DNA of 63,313 bases, counting the filler, from Sphacelaria rigidula (lineage: Eukaryota), in NCBI GenBank assembly GCA_964200075.2. It is 8 parts of 8 records of this genome, joined end to end, with 100 filler letters (N's around TTAATTAATTAA, not from the genome) between each part and the next. Parts side by side here need not be neighbours in the genome. Positions count along the whole stretch, not along the records: positions 47,563 to 55,388 come from CAXNAA020013341.1; positions 55,489 to 63,313 come from CAXNAA020013342.1; 6 more parts are not named here. One strand, 5' to 3'. The notes under the pieces are model-generated. The model ran no database searches. It saw only the letters and a list, made by a program, of their open reading frames with translations, and was not told the origin of the DNA. A program made the translations under genes and the position numbers. Shown piece by piece: positions 52,301-63,313 of this stretch. Every line of letters begins with the position of its first letter. Positions within the stretch are counted from its first letter, which is position 1.

Positions 52301-54883
52301 CTTCTGCTGGCATCCAATGGAGGCGAAAATATCAGCAGTTGTCCGGTTAGCATGCCAAGTATCGTCTATCTCCGGCCCCACTGTGGGCCCGACTCGCTGT
52401 GTTTATATCTTCTAGAGAACATGCAATTTTACATCGCCCACTTAATGTAAAAAAAAACAGGGCAATGCTAGGGTCACTACCGGCAGAGCGGTGCAGTACG
52501 GTAACTCGCTACGGTCATGTTTGTTATGCTCGCAGTATAAATGGTCCTCACCTCTTCTCTAGATGCCTTGACCTGAAGAAGCCACCACATGGTCACGAGC
52601 AGCTGCAGCGTTATCTCCGTGTCCCCAGACTTGTCGGACCAAAGATCGTGCAAAGCGCTGATCACTCCAGCAAAGCGACACAGCAAGGTTGAAACACAGA
52701 ACATGTAGTCGTTTTGTTGAACGACAGGAAAATCGCCTTCAGGTTTTAATGCAACGAATATCCTTGAGCAGAATCGTGGAGTGCCAAAATTTAAACTAAA
52801 ACGTGCCTATAGGGCGTCGCGTCAGCCCAGACTTATTGCCAGCGATTGCGTCGGTCGGGCGTCCTACTCCAAATCATTTTTTGTGAGCACCCACCCCACC
52901 AGCTGTACGTGTGTTTTGTCAATGTTTGTTCGGAAGGCCTTGGCAGGGCATGGAGGAAAAAGAACAGTACGTGTTGATATTCCCTTGACAACTCCTGGAC
53001 TATGTTCGGTTAGTTGAAACGATGGGTACAACAGCGGGACAGCACTCACTCTCGCTCTCTTTGCCCCACCGGTGACCACTAGGTTCAACGAGCGGACAGC
53101 AGACTCATCGTGCGTGGGTATAAAGCCAATGCGACAACGCCTCTTGGTGAATGACCAGAAGGAGGTGTTGGAGAAGGCTCACCCGATGAGTCTTGACCCA
53201 GCTAACAACGCCGCGGCCTGAGCATCCTGCGCCATCACTCCCGCCAGGATCACCACCTAATATTGTTTCCAATACCACGTTTTTGCCGGGAAAGAATAGC
53301 TCACGTCGTATAAACGGCGGAGTAGTTCAGACAACCACAGATCTGTCTACTGAATGGACGGATGTGTTTCGTATGCTATGTGTTTTCAAACCGCGTGAAA
53401 AATTCCTTCCTTAACCGAGGAAGGTGTACCCTCCATCACGTTGGTATTTCTTAGGATCTACGACGGCCGTTTTCGAGGCTTTGGTACCAGGTGTAAACGA
53501 ACAAAGAGCACTGTTCGTTGTTGTTCCTGATGCTGCTGTTGTGGTTGTTTGTAGTGGTGGGGTCAATTCTCCAAGAACGAGATTGTCTCCAATGACACCA
53601 AACGTGCGACCGGAATAGAGAGTTAGGATGGAGGGCCATTGCTTTTTTTATGGAAGATAGGAAGATAAAGACATCTCGATCCTGTCCGACGAATAACAGG
53701 CATGCATGCCCTGACCTCATATCCTCGGTCGACGATCATGGTGGAGATGTTTCTTTTCGAAGAGACGGCACTCAGCAACGCCCAGGTTCGGTGTCTAGTG
53801 CGACAATCACGATCACAATTGTCCCAGTGTAGTGAACCGGTGTCCATGGTATAGCCCGTATCTTCTACAAGATGCATCTAGCCTACACAAAACATTTCTC
53901 ATATCAGTATCAGTCGCGTACTGCATGATGCGGTTCTGTGTATTAACACCCTCAGAAAACCCATCAGCTGTTCACATGCTGCCGTCGGTATAGGATCATT
54001 GTTTTGTAATCAATTTTAGTATGAGAGCTCATTGTTTACTATAATACATTGGCTGGAAGATATACGTTCTCTGAGACATTGATCGATCGTCGCGGATCAA
54101 CGGGACCGCCATGTCAGCGAATATGAGCACAATACGAGTGTGGACGTACACAAGGTAAAACAAGACGGAAACGCTCGCTGAAGGTAAAGAAAAGTAAAAA
54201 AAAAAAAAATGTACGGCAAAAGGACAGAGTAACTAAGAAATAATACTCAAAGCAAACAAACCCAAGCAGGGGAGAAACGGAGAGGAAGTAAAGGAGAGAA
54301 AAAAACGATAACGAAATAGGCCTTGGAGTGACCGACCCCTGCAGCATGGCTTCAGGTGGAAAATATCGTGCGGGAAAGACACATGTATCCGTGTACAAAA
54401 CAAAATCAAACGGCCGTGAGCGCAGGGATGTGGCTCAGTCATTTCGGACCATTTTGTGTGGGCATGAGCTCTCACCCGTGAGCCTTGCGGAAGTATGGCA
54501 CCAAACTGCTACCGTATATAACACTGAGAGGAAAGCAATATCGATGTGTGTGCTTATGTATTCAATATACTCCACTTCCAACACGCAAGGGTCCCCTTTT
54601 TTTTGTGCCCCCCGTAATCGGCAACCCAGAGCAACGTATTGTGGTGTACACAGCACGAGCTCCCTGCGCTCCCACCCGAAACATGGCACTAACGAGCCAT
54701 CGCCTGAGCTCCGATCCCTGAGAGGGTAAACTGTCCTACCTCCAGAACAATATCGTTCTGAGCCATGCCGGGCACAAGAAGCTTCGTGAGGAAGGGTGCC
54801 AGCGCGTAGTTCGACAGCACGTCTACCCAGCCCACGCCCTTTGGCAGATCCAAGGCTGTCAAATTATTGAGGGTGCCCAATAC
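49333..54883 (-). CDS. KIFAP3: Kinesin-associated protein (KAP3/KIFAP3/FLA3), C-terminal armadillo region, 5 exons, partial
   Basis: Exons 54883-54740, 53256-53183, 52657-52552, 50352-50240 and 49426-49333 splice in frame (GT-AG). They read VLGTLNNLT..D...W..VL..Y.L.PFL.KLL.PG.A..DIVLEVVI..G....D...AALLA...QLL...LDLL......TR......D.VLEFD...RF..YN.EW. This is colinear with KAP3 LGTLANLT...PGAAEDDLVLEVVI...KFRWHNSQW. Confidence 0.85.
50647..51037. mobile_element. Foldback MITE in a KAP intron
   Basis: Arm 50647-50815 is an imperfect reverse complement of 50860-51037. The end sequence also occurs at ~47565-47615. Confidence 0.7.
51347..51881 (-). mobile_element. Second full-length copy of the C-run-bounded ~520-bp repeat
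   Basis: Its reverse complement aligns with 19136-19662; G-rich runs lie at both ends. Confidence 0.75.
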
Positions 54884-55330
54884 CTGAGGGGAAAATACGG
54901 CGAAGAAAAAAGTTGAGCAAAGTAGCGAACGATAGAAAGAACAAGTGCAGCCACAGTTATATTTTCGTGACGTCTCTCAATGAAATGTTCGCGAAAATAC
55001 CCCCCAATTTGTTTGTTTTTTTCCATTCTCGCGCCGCGCACGGGCTTGGACCTTTGGCGGTTTGACAGCATCGACCGAGGTCGGCATCGTACACCGTTAC
55101 ACTGTACCGTGTAAAAGTATAAAATATCAAAGAAGACGATGTCCTCCTCTTTGTCGTCCTGTAGCGTTTAGTTCGTGTTGGGATTCGGGTGAATGGATGC
55201 ACTTCAATGGCATTGAACTATGTGTTTTCTACAAAACCCACCGGTCACCGTCACCATCATAGTAACATCCGCCGAAACAACACGGATTTCAGTAGTACAT
55301 GCCGATCGTTTGCGACACCCTTCACTGTAT

Positions 55331-55379
<49 letters not shown>

Positions 55380-55388
55380 TGGGCCCCG

Positions 55389-55488
55389 NNNNNNNNNNNN
55401 NNNNNNNNNNNNNNNNNNNNNNNNNNNNNNNNTTAATTAATTAANNNNNNNNNNNNNNNNNNNNNNNNNNNNNNNNNNNNNNNNNNNN
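55389..55488. other. Artificial contig spacer
   Basis: 44 N + TTAATTAATTAA + 44 N. Confidence 0.98.
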
Positions 55489-57252
55489 TTTGAAAGTTGG
55501 TTTATTGGATAAATGTTGAAATTAGTGGAGCCCCCCCCCCCCCCCTCGGCGGGCCAAAAATGAAAAAATGGTAGTGTGGGTCCAGGATTTTTTTTTGTGC
55601 GCCCTTGCGGTACCCAAAGTTTTTTTTTTTTTATTAGTTTAAATCATTTTACTGATACCTGAAAACTGTTTATTGCCCCGAACTCACGAAAAAAACAAAA
55701 AACCTTTTGGTACCGAGGTAATGTATTTTTTTATGCCCTACTCATTGTCCATACCAAATTTCAGGGTCCAACTCTGAATGTATTAAAGAGCATGGGCCTA
55801 TCAAAAACCGGGTCGGTAGAAATTCGGAGCAGTATTTCGCAGGCCAATCACTGGCTCACGTTTGCTTTTCGTGTGTTGAAATTTTGTGTGGGCGCTCTCT
55901 AAGGCATACTTAACAAAACTAAATTAGGTCAGGTTGATTTTCTTCATTTTTTTTCATAGAGCTTAGGGCGTTCTACTATGGTAAAGACCATTTCTTCACG
56001 AGAACGCCCTGACCTCTATGAAAAAAAAATACGAAGGTCCATTTTGTTTTTCGGCACTCTTTCGTGGTTCTCCACACCAAAATTCGTCGCCAGCCGCTAA
56101 ATGCATGGATCGGGAGTTTCATAGAGATTTTGGTTTCGGCGCTATCTCCCTTGGGTATAGGTATTGCTAGACATGAGGTTTAATCAACGAGAAAATAAGG
56201 GCCCAACATTTTGAGCAGATGTGCACCTTCCCCTTGATTAGACGATTAATACGATATATATATGCGGATCACGGCCCAACTCGCCTGTGCCGATGAAATA
56301 TTGCTGCTTTGAGAGCTTAAATCCGTTTTTAGGCTGACCCAGCTCGTAGTGAAAAGCAAAAACCAATGAAGAGAGAGGGAGATAGAACAAGACAGAGAGG
56401 TCGGAGAACAACCGGAGAGCATTAACTCAGCATCATCATTACCCTTTTGGAACCGTTGATGGAAAAGTGATGATTTACATTTGACGTTTCCTTGCGCAAG
56501 ATATAGTTGTTGGTTGTTTTTCTGCAACTGTTGTTGATGATGCAGCCCACCAAAGCGGTGCACCACTCTAAGTGCAAGTATTTTGATGTGACAGACTCGT
56601 GCATCGAGGTCGAAGTGACGTTTTGCCGGTGACGAAAGCTCGCATATGGGAGTTTGTTGTACTGTTTTTCGCGAGTTCCGAAAGCGTTAACTGATACAAA
56701 TGGTGCAAACGCAAACGATGCAAATTTTACGACACCAGCCCGGATAACTGTTCAGTGGCGTGACTCCGCGTGATGTCTGGAACTAACCGGTTACAACGAT
56801 ATGCTCACCTTACCGTGACTCTGTGCCGATGAAAATATACGCCAACCTTCCTTACTTCATCGTTTTGACCGGCCTAGCTGATGTTGTTTGCCCGCTGCTG
56901 GAGTTTAGGTTGTTGATCACTGCCTGTGAGATTTTCAGATGGATCAAATCAATCGATCCGCGACGGCTGTCTCAAGGATCAACACCGGACGCAATGCGGA
57001 TATCAAACCAGGTTCCGAGGAATCGCCCAATCAATGATACTGAGAACCACATTATCACTGTTGGTGTGTGTATACTTCCCCACCTGTAATGCGTTAGATA
57101 CTCGATTCGCTGCAGTGCATAGGCGACCCGATATTTCCAAATTGAGACAATTGTCCCCTCTCATCTTCCGCTTCTTCCGACGATTGAGCGGTAGGTACCC
57201 ATACCCTTGAACATTTCGAGTAGCTGGCCCGCGGGCCACGCTTAGACCGCAG

Positions 57253-58845
57253 CAGTTGGCGGATGATTTGCGTTTTAGACTGGAGTACATAGCACTGACT
57301 CTGGTCCGAATTCAAGTCAAAACTCGCTTCTGGGCGACACTGATGGGTTTCGGTTTGGTGTGGTGGAAAGTATTCGCTTCCTTTTCTCCAAACATTGTAG
57401 CGCCCACACATCATGTGAGTTGGCTCGGCCCCCCGCAACTATGAGTGTAGGCAAACTTCGGGCACCTCACTGTTTGCCCTTCTCCAATAGGGGGCACGAC
57501 AACGTATGTATCCTGGTGGTGTGCCGTGGGTTTCGATGGCAAACTGTGCAAAGGAACAGCGCGTGATACATATCGCTTTCACTCCTACCGCCTAGATTGT
57601 TCAGCACTGAGTGAGTGTTTCTGTGTAGTATGTAAAATGTACATACATGCGCAAGTAATGCCGAGATAGCCCCTCCCCCCAGAAGAGTGGCTGGTTTGAG
57701 GAGGCAAAATCTTCACGTGACAAAAATGGCAAGAGTCAAGCACACCGAGTGGCTGAGAACTTCAATGCCTGCGGTCGTCTTTGCTAATGATTGATCAATT
57801 CGTGATCGCACTTTGAGTGACCCCCAGGGATCCAGCCTTGGCTAATACCATTGTGCGTCATGCAGTCCAAAACCAGCTATCGTGCGCCGTACGTTCATTT
57901 TCTTCGTGACAGGTTTCGAGCTGTTTTCTTTTGGGCGGAAAGCGTCACCACGTGTACTGAAGCTGGATGATGCATGTCTACTTCATACTTGGCGACCGCA
58001 GGTCTGCAAAGCAACCATGTGGTGAGTTCGAGAAAACGTTACAAGTTTATGAAACTGTATCACGCGACACGGCAAACCCAGATCCAAGAATCATAGCGTT
58101 GGTCAACTACAGCACATACGAGGTGGGCGTGAGGTCATTTCTTTGGCCCTGCTCAGTGCGATGAGCGAGACCATGCCCCCTACCCCAAAACCTACCCGCT
58201 GCGTATTATCGTAAACACACTCCGACAGGCGAGAGGACATCAAGTACTCGCGGGGCACGCGTAGATATTCGTCATTTCTTCGCAAGCACATGGTGAGAGC
58301 GGGTTGCCTTCTGGGTCTGGTCGTACGGTCCAGTGCTCAGTCTTCTGTCTATCCGAACATTTTCTCAACAAACGCAGCCAGCCATACTTAAGGTCGCACT
58401 ACCTGTTGAGACTTCCCCGATGTTGACAACTAAATTTGAGCTGAATGTACGTGAACGCATTAAGTGACGATGATGAGCACCGCAACATGTGGTTGCTCTC
58501 GATCTTTCACTGACGCCTGCGAGATGGAATTTGATGAAGAATGGTGCAGAAGCCTACATGTGTTCGAAAGTATTTTTTGAGGGGAAAATGCGGTGAAACA
58601 TGGCCAGTGTGATTAATATGGGCCACAACAATAATAGTTACTGTACGACGTGGTGGAATGCGCAGTTCCCCGGCAGCCCTTGGAGAAGCTATGTCGTCTA
58701 GCGGGCGGACGGCAGGGTGCCATTGCAGTTTAGCACGTGCGGTATAAAGAAGAGTGCGCGTGTCACAAGAATCGCGTATTGCAAAAACGAGCAACAGCAG
58801 AACGTCGTCGTGGAAGTCCTCGTTTCCAACACCTTTTCCTTGTAG
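57253..58845 (+). CDS. Putative gene with a PH-like domain
   Basis: Candidate exons ~57253-57346, 57913-58021, 58229-58292 and 58702-58845 have compatible phases and AG/GT ends. They give ...GFELFSFGRKASPRVLKLDDACLLHTW...REDIKYSRGT...FLRKH...RVTRIAYCKNEQQQNVVVEVL, loosely like a PLC/PRAF-type PH fold. Confidence 0.4.
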
Positions 58846-60164
58846 ATCCAAAGACGACTCGGCTCCTCCTGCGGCAAGCCTGACGTACGCGGCAAAAGAC
58901 ACACGGCAACAAATCAGTACTGTATCTTGAATACCCAGTGCAACAAAATATTAGTATCTTGAACACTCAGTGCAGTTTTATTTTAGGCCGGATATGCACT
59001 TTTGTGCTAGGCCATATGCGGAAGCGGTAGCAACAGTATCGAAGTCTGGGTATGTGGTATATCCGATGACACGATAAAACCCAACCTCACCCATTTTCTT
59101 GGTTCCTCACGACCCCTCGGGCAGCGGGGAAAAAACTGGCGCTACGTCCAAGGCCCATTTTTATTATAGGTATCTCAACAACTCGGCTCCCGCTATCCTG
59201 TTTTGTGCTATTTTTCAAGTGAAAGTGGTCGCGATTCATAGAAGGACCTGACCTGGCGGTCATAGGGTCTCATCATGTCATGAATAGCGGTCACTTTCAC
59301 CTGAAAAAATAGAAAAACACAAAGCAAGAAGACAGAAGATCTTCGACAATAATAAGCCGTTAGGAGTCCTCTGTAATAATGCGTGATGAGCGGACCGGGT
59401 GCTTCTTGAACCGCATCGGAATTCATATCACCCCGGAACCGATACTTTTCAAGACCGCTTTGGCCAGTCCCTTCAGGGACCGCACCCCTGACCCTAACCC
59501 TAGCCCTAATTCTCACCCTAACCAGAGGGGTGTTGAAACTCCGATGCAGTCCAAGAAGCACTCGGTCCGCTCACGCATTCAGATTACACCCCCTAAATTT
59601 GAGACCTCATCATGCAGGGCTCATGCTGCGATCTTTGCACGGGGTTTTGTACAGTCGGTATTTCATATGTGTATGCTGCTGCATTCTGGGAGGGCCGGTC
59701 GATCACGCCCTCGCCTTCCCGACTTCCCCCTCGTTTCACAGAGAGGTTGCGAGAAAGATGTTTACCGCAGCTGTGAAACGGGCAGGCATCATCAAATCCT
59801 TCATTTTGCGGGCGAAGGCAATCAAATGACGAGATCGGCACAATGTATTCAAGACTATTTTTTACGGCAGCCAATCCGTAATTATTTAATTATTTGATAC
59901 TTTCTACGATAGCCCCCCCCCACCCCCCCCCAAAATGTGGCTGGTTTGGGGAGGCAAAATCTACACGTATACCGGTTTAAGAAAAGCCGAGCACAACGAG
60001 CAGCTGGGAATTCCCACGCCTGAGTTTGTTTTCGCCAATGCCGCCCATTTGAGGCGCTCTATGCAGCCTGAAACCAAACATCAGGTACGAGTACTGTATG
60101 ACCGTTTTTTTTGGCGACAGTTTAGCTGGTTTTGGGGGAGGGGGTATCGGTGAAGAAGGTGTTT

Positions 60165-60940
60165 TTTGTACAAGTATGAGCATTTCACCACGTCTATAAT
60201 AGGCGATTTTCTCACGTGGATTGATTTTTCGGACCCCAGTCGATTGAGCAATGTTTTTCGGATATAAACACGGGATCTTACAAATTGGGGAATAATCTTT
60301 AATTAATTGGGGATGAGAAACCCGGAGAATTAAAATCTTCGTATCCACACCAAATCTTCGAAATATGATTCCATTTTTTCATCTACGGATTGCTGTTGAC
60401 AACTGCTACACACCATACAAATTCGGATTTCGATCACCGAAATGTTGGGGTCCTAGGTGAAAAAACAATTTTGGGGAATTCCAGGTGTCCGAACGGACGC
60501 CAAATTGTTTCGAAATTGGTTTCCCACTTAGGACTCCAACATTTTGGTGATCGAAGTCGAAATTTCTATGGCGTGTAGCAGTTGTCAACGGCTATCAGCA
60601 GGTGAAAAAATGGAACCATATTTTTTTGAAGATTTGGTGTGGATACGAAGATGTTAATCCTCCGGGTTTCTAATCTCCAATAAAAGATCCATCCCCATTT
60701 TGTAAGATCCCGTGTTTATAGCTCTGAGGAAACCCCGATTCGGGGAAGATGCGAGAGTCCCTCGATCTGAGCAGAAAGGTGATGTGCCTAAAGTCAACGT
60801 CTAGAGAATTTGAGAATTGATCTGGCTTACTTAGAGCTAGGCGAAAAAGATTGCCCAACCGACTCGGGTCCGAAAAATCAATCCATGGGGGGAAAATCGT
60901 CTCTTGTAGACAGACTGAAATCCTCATATCTGAAGAGATA
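60165..60940. mobile_element. Family-A foldback MITE interrupted by a family-B MITE (60265-60718)
   Basis: The outer arms match the elements at 11301-11784 and 12448-12924. The inner element TAAACACGGG...CCCGTGTTTA is flanked by TA at 60263-60264 and 60719-60720. Confidence 0.8.
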
Positions 60941-61875
60941 CAGAGTGCTTGCTATAAAAAATGGTTCAAAGATATCCGACAGCAGCGCCAGATCTTCGAT
61001 AATTATAGAGTCGCTATCTCCGTACGGTTTAGGAATTACGAGACATGGGGTTTGATCAATGAGAAAATATTAGCCCAGACTCTTGAGCAGATGGGTATCT
61101 ACCCCTCGACCAGACGGCCAGTAAGATATGCGGATCACGGCCCAATTCGTCTGTATCGATGAGGTATTGCTTTGAGAGCTCAAGCCCGCGCCCAAGCGGG
61201 CCCATCTATTATAGTAATCAGCTGCGAAATGTAGATGGTTAAGGGTGACATATGCGGCGGAATTAGACAAAAAAACCCAGCTGAACCTGGCTGAACACGA
61301 ATTTTCGGTCACAGTCGGCTGTGCCGTGTGTTGCGATTGTACAACAACACATGTCGTCGTAGGTGCGTAGTATCTAAGATTGCACGCAGATGCGTCCCCA
61401 AGCGCGCCAAGGTGAATGGTTGTCGTGCGCGAACCGACAAGCAGTTTGTGGAGATCTCCGTGCCGAGAGTAGAGGGCGACGAGACAAAAGCGAAGTTCCG
61501 CTGAGGTTGTTGTAGTCTACATTCAACGGCACGAAGGGCAAATCAAGAGGTCGAAGTGGGTCGCCCCTCGCAACGAGGCGGAAGAAGCTACAGAGCACTG
61601 ACGACTGAGCCAAGGATACGAGTTTCGTGATGAGCCCCCCCTTCCTGACGACTTGCGTCGAACTGTACACTCCAAGAGGAAGACAGCAGCACCATCCGTC
61701 AGGCTCCCCCCAAGCGAGTTTTGAGAAGATGTGTATCCTGGCCCATCATTTTCGAACAGCATGCATCTCGGGTTTATTTCCGTAATGCTGGGGTCCCGGT
61801 CACGTACGGTTGCAGTACAAGCACAGCACCGTACACTGCAGTGCACCGTACTGTACTGTCATGTACTGTACCTTA

Positions 61876-62601
61876 CTGTACTGTGCCGCACAAATCTTGG
61901 ATGCTTCCACAAGCATGCGCTGTACCAGTGCAGTCATATGTACCGTAAAAGCTGACGGGGTATAACACCCCCCGGTCCAAAGTTGTACGTGCAGATTGCA
62001 GCGATACGTAGCGCATACCTTACTATGCAGTACGGCACCGCACGTTACTGCACGGTATGATATGGTAAAAAAATTGCACCATACCGCACTTATATTGATA
62101 TACATCCATGTGAAAGTACAAGCCAATCGAAAATATCCGATGCTTGGCCGGGGTCATGCAGTACAACATCGTACAGCACTATCAGTCAATACTGCACCGT
62201 TCTGTCCACTTTGTACAGTGTCGTGCAGTACAAGTACGTGTCCAGTACCGTGCATGCTCTACTTTCCTCTACTGTACCGTACAGGCTTTGGATGCTTGCA
62301 CGAGCATGCGTTAGGTCAGTTTAGCAACGTGGACCGTAGCTGACGGTGTACAACACCCCCCGATCCAAACTTGTGCATGCAGTTCGAAGAGATACATAGT
62401 ACGTACCGTGCTGTGCAGTACGGTACCGCACGTTCCTGCACGGTATAGGACGGTACAGTACAGCACCATAACGTACTTGTATTGATTCGTATCCCCACCA
62501 AAGTACAAGCCAATAAAAAATTTGCGATGCTTGGCCAGGTTAAACAACACCGTACCGAATCCTTCAGTCACGACTGCACCGTTCCGTCCGATTTGTACAG
62601 T
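61876..62601. repeat. Two diverged tandem copies of a ~390-bp GTAC/CAGTAC-rich unit
   Basis: 61876-62220 aligns with 62271-62601 (ttggatgctt..ac.agcatgcg; gcagtacgg.accgcacgtt.ctgcacggtat; aaagtacaagccaat; ctgcaccgttc.gtcc). Confidence 0.8.
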
Positions 62602-63313
62602 GATTCACAGTATCGACAAGATGAGTACAGTACATCAGAGTACCGTGCAGTGCACATAATGTGCTGCGCGGCACGGTGACTCGGCCATCATCAGTGGACT
62701 TGTCAAACACAAATCGGCGGTGTGCACGAAATCAGTTGAGTGACGCGAATACCTCACGTGTCGGAGTTCAATACGCCCAGGTCAATATTTGACATGTAGA
62801 TAACGACTCGTAGCGCATGCCGAGCTATACGGTGTGGAACTGTACAGCGGGATCTTGTGCCTCATCTGCACCTTCTTGATGTGTCCACGGAGGAATCATC
62901 GAGCGTTCCCGTAAATGTATACTTTGTTGCCCCCTCCCTACCATCGCGTATGAAATCCGCAACCCACAGGTGGAGCAGGTTTGGTGGGAGTGTGTGCGGT
63001 GTCATGTGGATCACGCCAGAAGCCCCGGAGGAGCGAGGTTTTGATCCTGTCCTCCCAAACGTACGTGACTTCAAGCACGAGAGAACGGCTCCACAGCACA
63101 CGGTGGAGAGTCGGGGCAACAACCTCCTCCTGTCGCCCAAATACCATCTGAACGTTGCGGGGGTGGGGATCGCATACCCTCGCAGCATTTCCAAGCCCAA
63201 GTTCCGGCGAGAGATCAACGATGAGGTGCCGAAGAATGTTCATGCAAACATGATGAAATCCATGTGCAAGGAAACCATCCCGACCACATGAAGGGTGCGC
63301 CGCTTTGCCCGCC

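Noticed and set aside
51816-52415. 199-aa ORF antisense within a KAP intron
   Set aside because: GTG start inside a repeat copy and no domain signature. It is likely a chance ORF or decayed TE.
16003-54883. Apparent flagellar gene cluster (dynein heavy chain + KAP)
   Set aside because: The genes are on different contigs joined only because of similar length.
7829-55488. Regularly spaced TTAATTAATTAA palindrome every ~7.93 kb, which could look like a biological array or CRISPR-like repeat
   Set aside because: It is always embedded in exactly 44+44 N and is a standard six-frame-stop linker between length-sorted contigs.
62857-63313. Overlapping 100-145 aa ORFs at the window end
   Set aside because: No recognisable motif or splice structure. 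They may be a TE fragment but this cannot be supported.

Overview
Eukaryotic nuclear DNA, most likely from a brown alga (Phaeophyceae/stramenopile). This is inferred from short exons in long introns, ASAFAP-type bipartite plastid presequences and a nuclear C-terminal half of Nad11. The window is not continuous genome. It is eight unrelated contigs of 7828-7825 bp in decreasing length order, joined by artificial 100-nt spacers (44 N + TTAATTAATTAA + 44 N), so synteny across spacers is meaningless. Recognisable partial genes: a TKL/Raf-like kinase (contig 1); a head-to-head pair of plastid-targeted genes, DUF1517/FLAP1-like and an NAD(P)-binding Rossmann protein (contig 2); an axonemal outer-arm dynein heavy chain (contig 3); a nuclear Nad11/NDUFS1 C-terminal moiety (contig 5); kinesin-associated protein KAP (contig 7); plus several orphan exon sets. 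Introns and intergenic DNA are dense with foldback MITEs, a tRNA-like SINE, LINE/Copia relics and a ~520-bp element bounded by C-runs. Best leads: a probable non-canonical GA-AG intron; a train of four abutting Harbinger-like foldback elements inside that intron; the split Nad11; and a repeat family that appears to target poly(C) tracts. I found no clearly novel multi-gene system.
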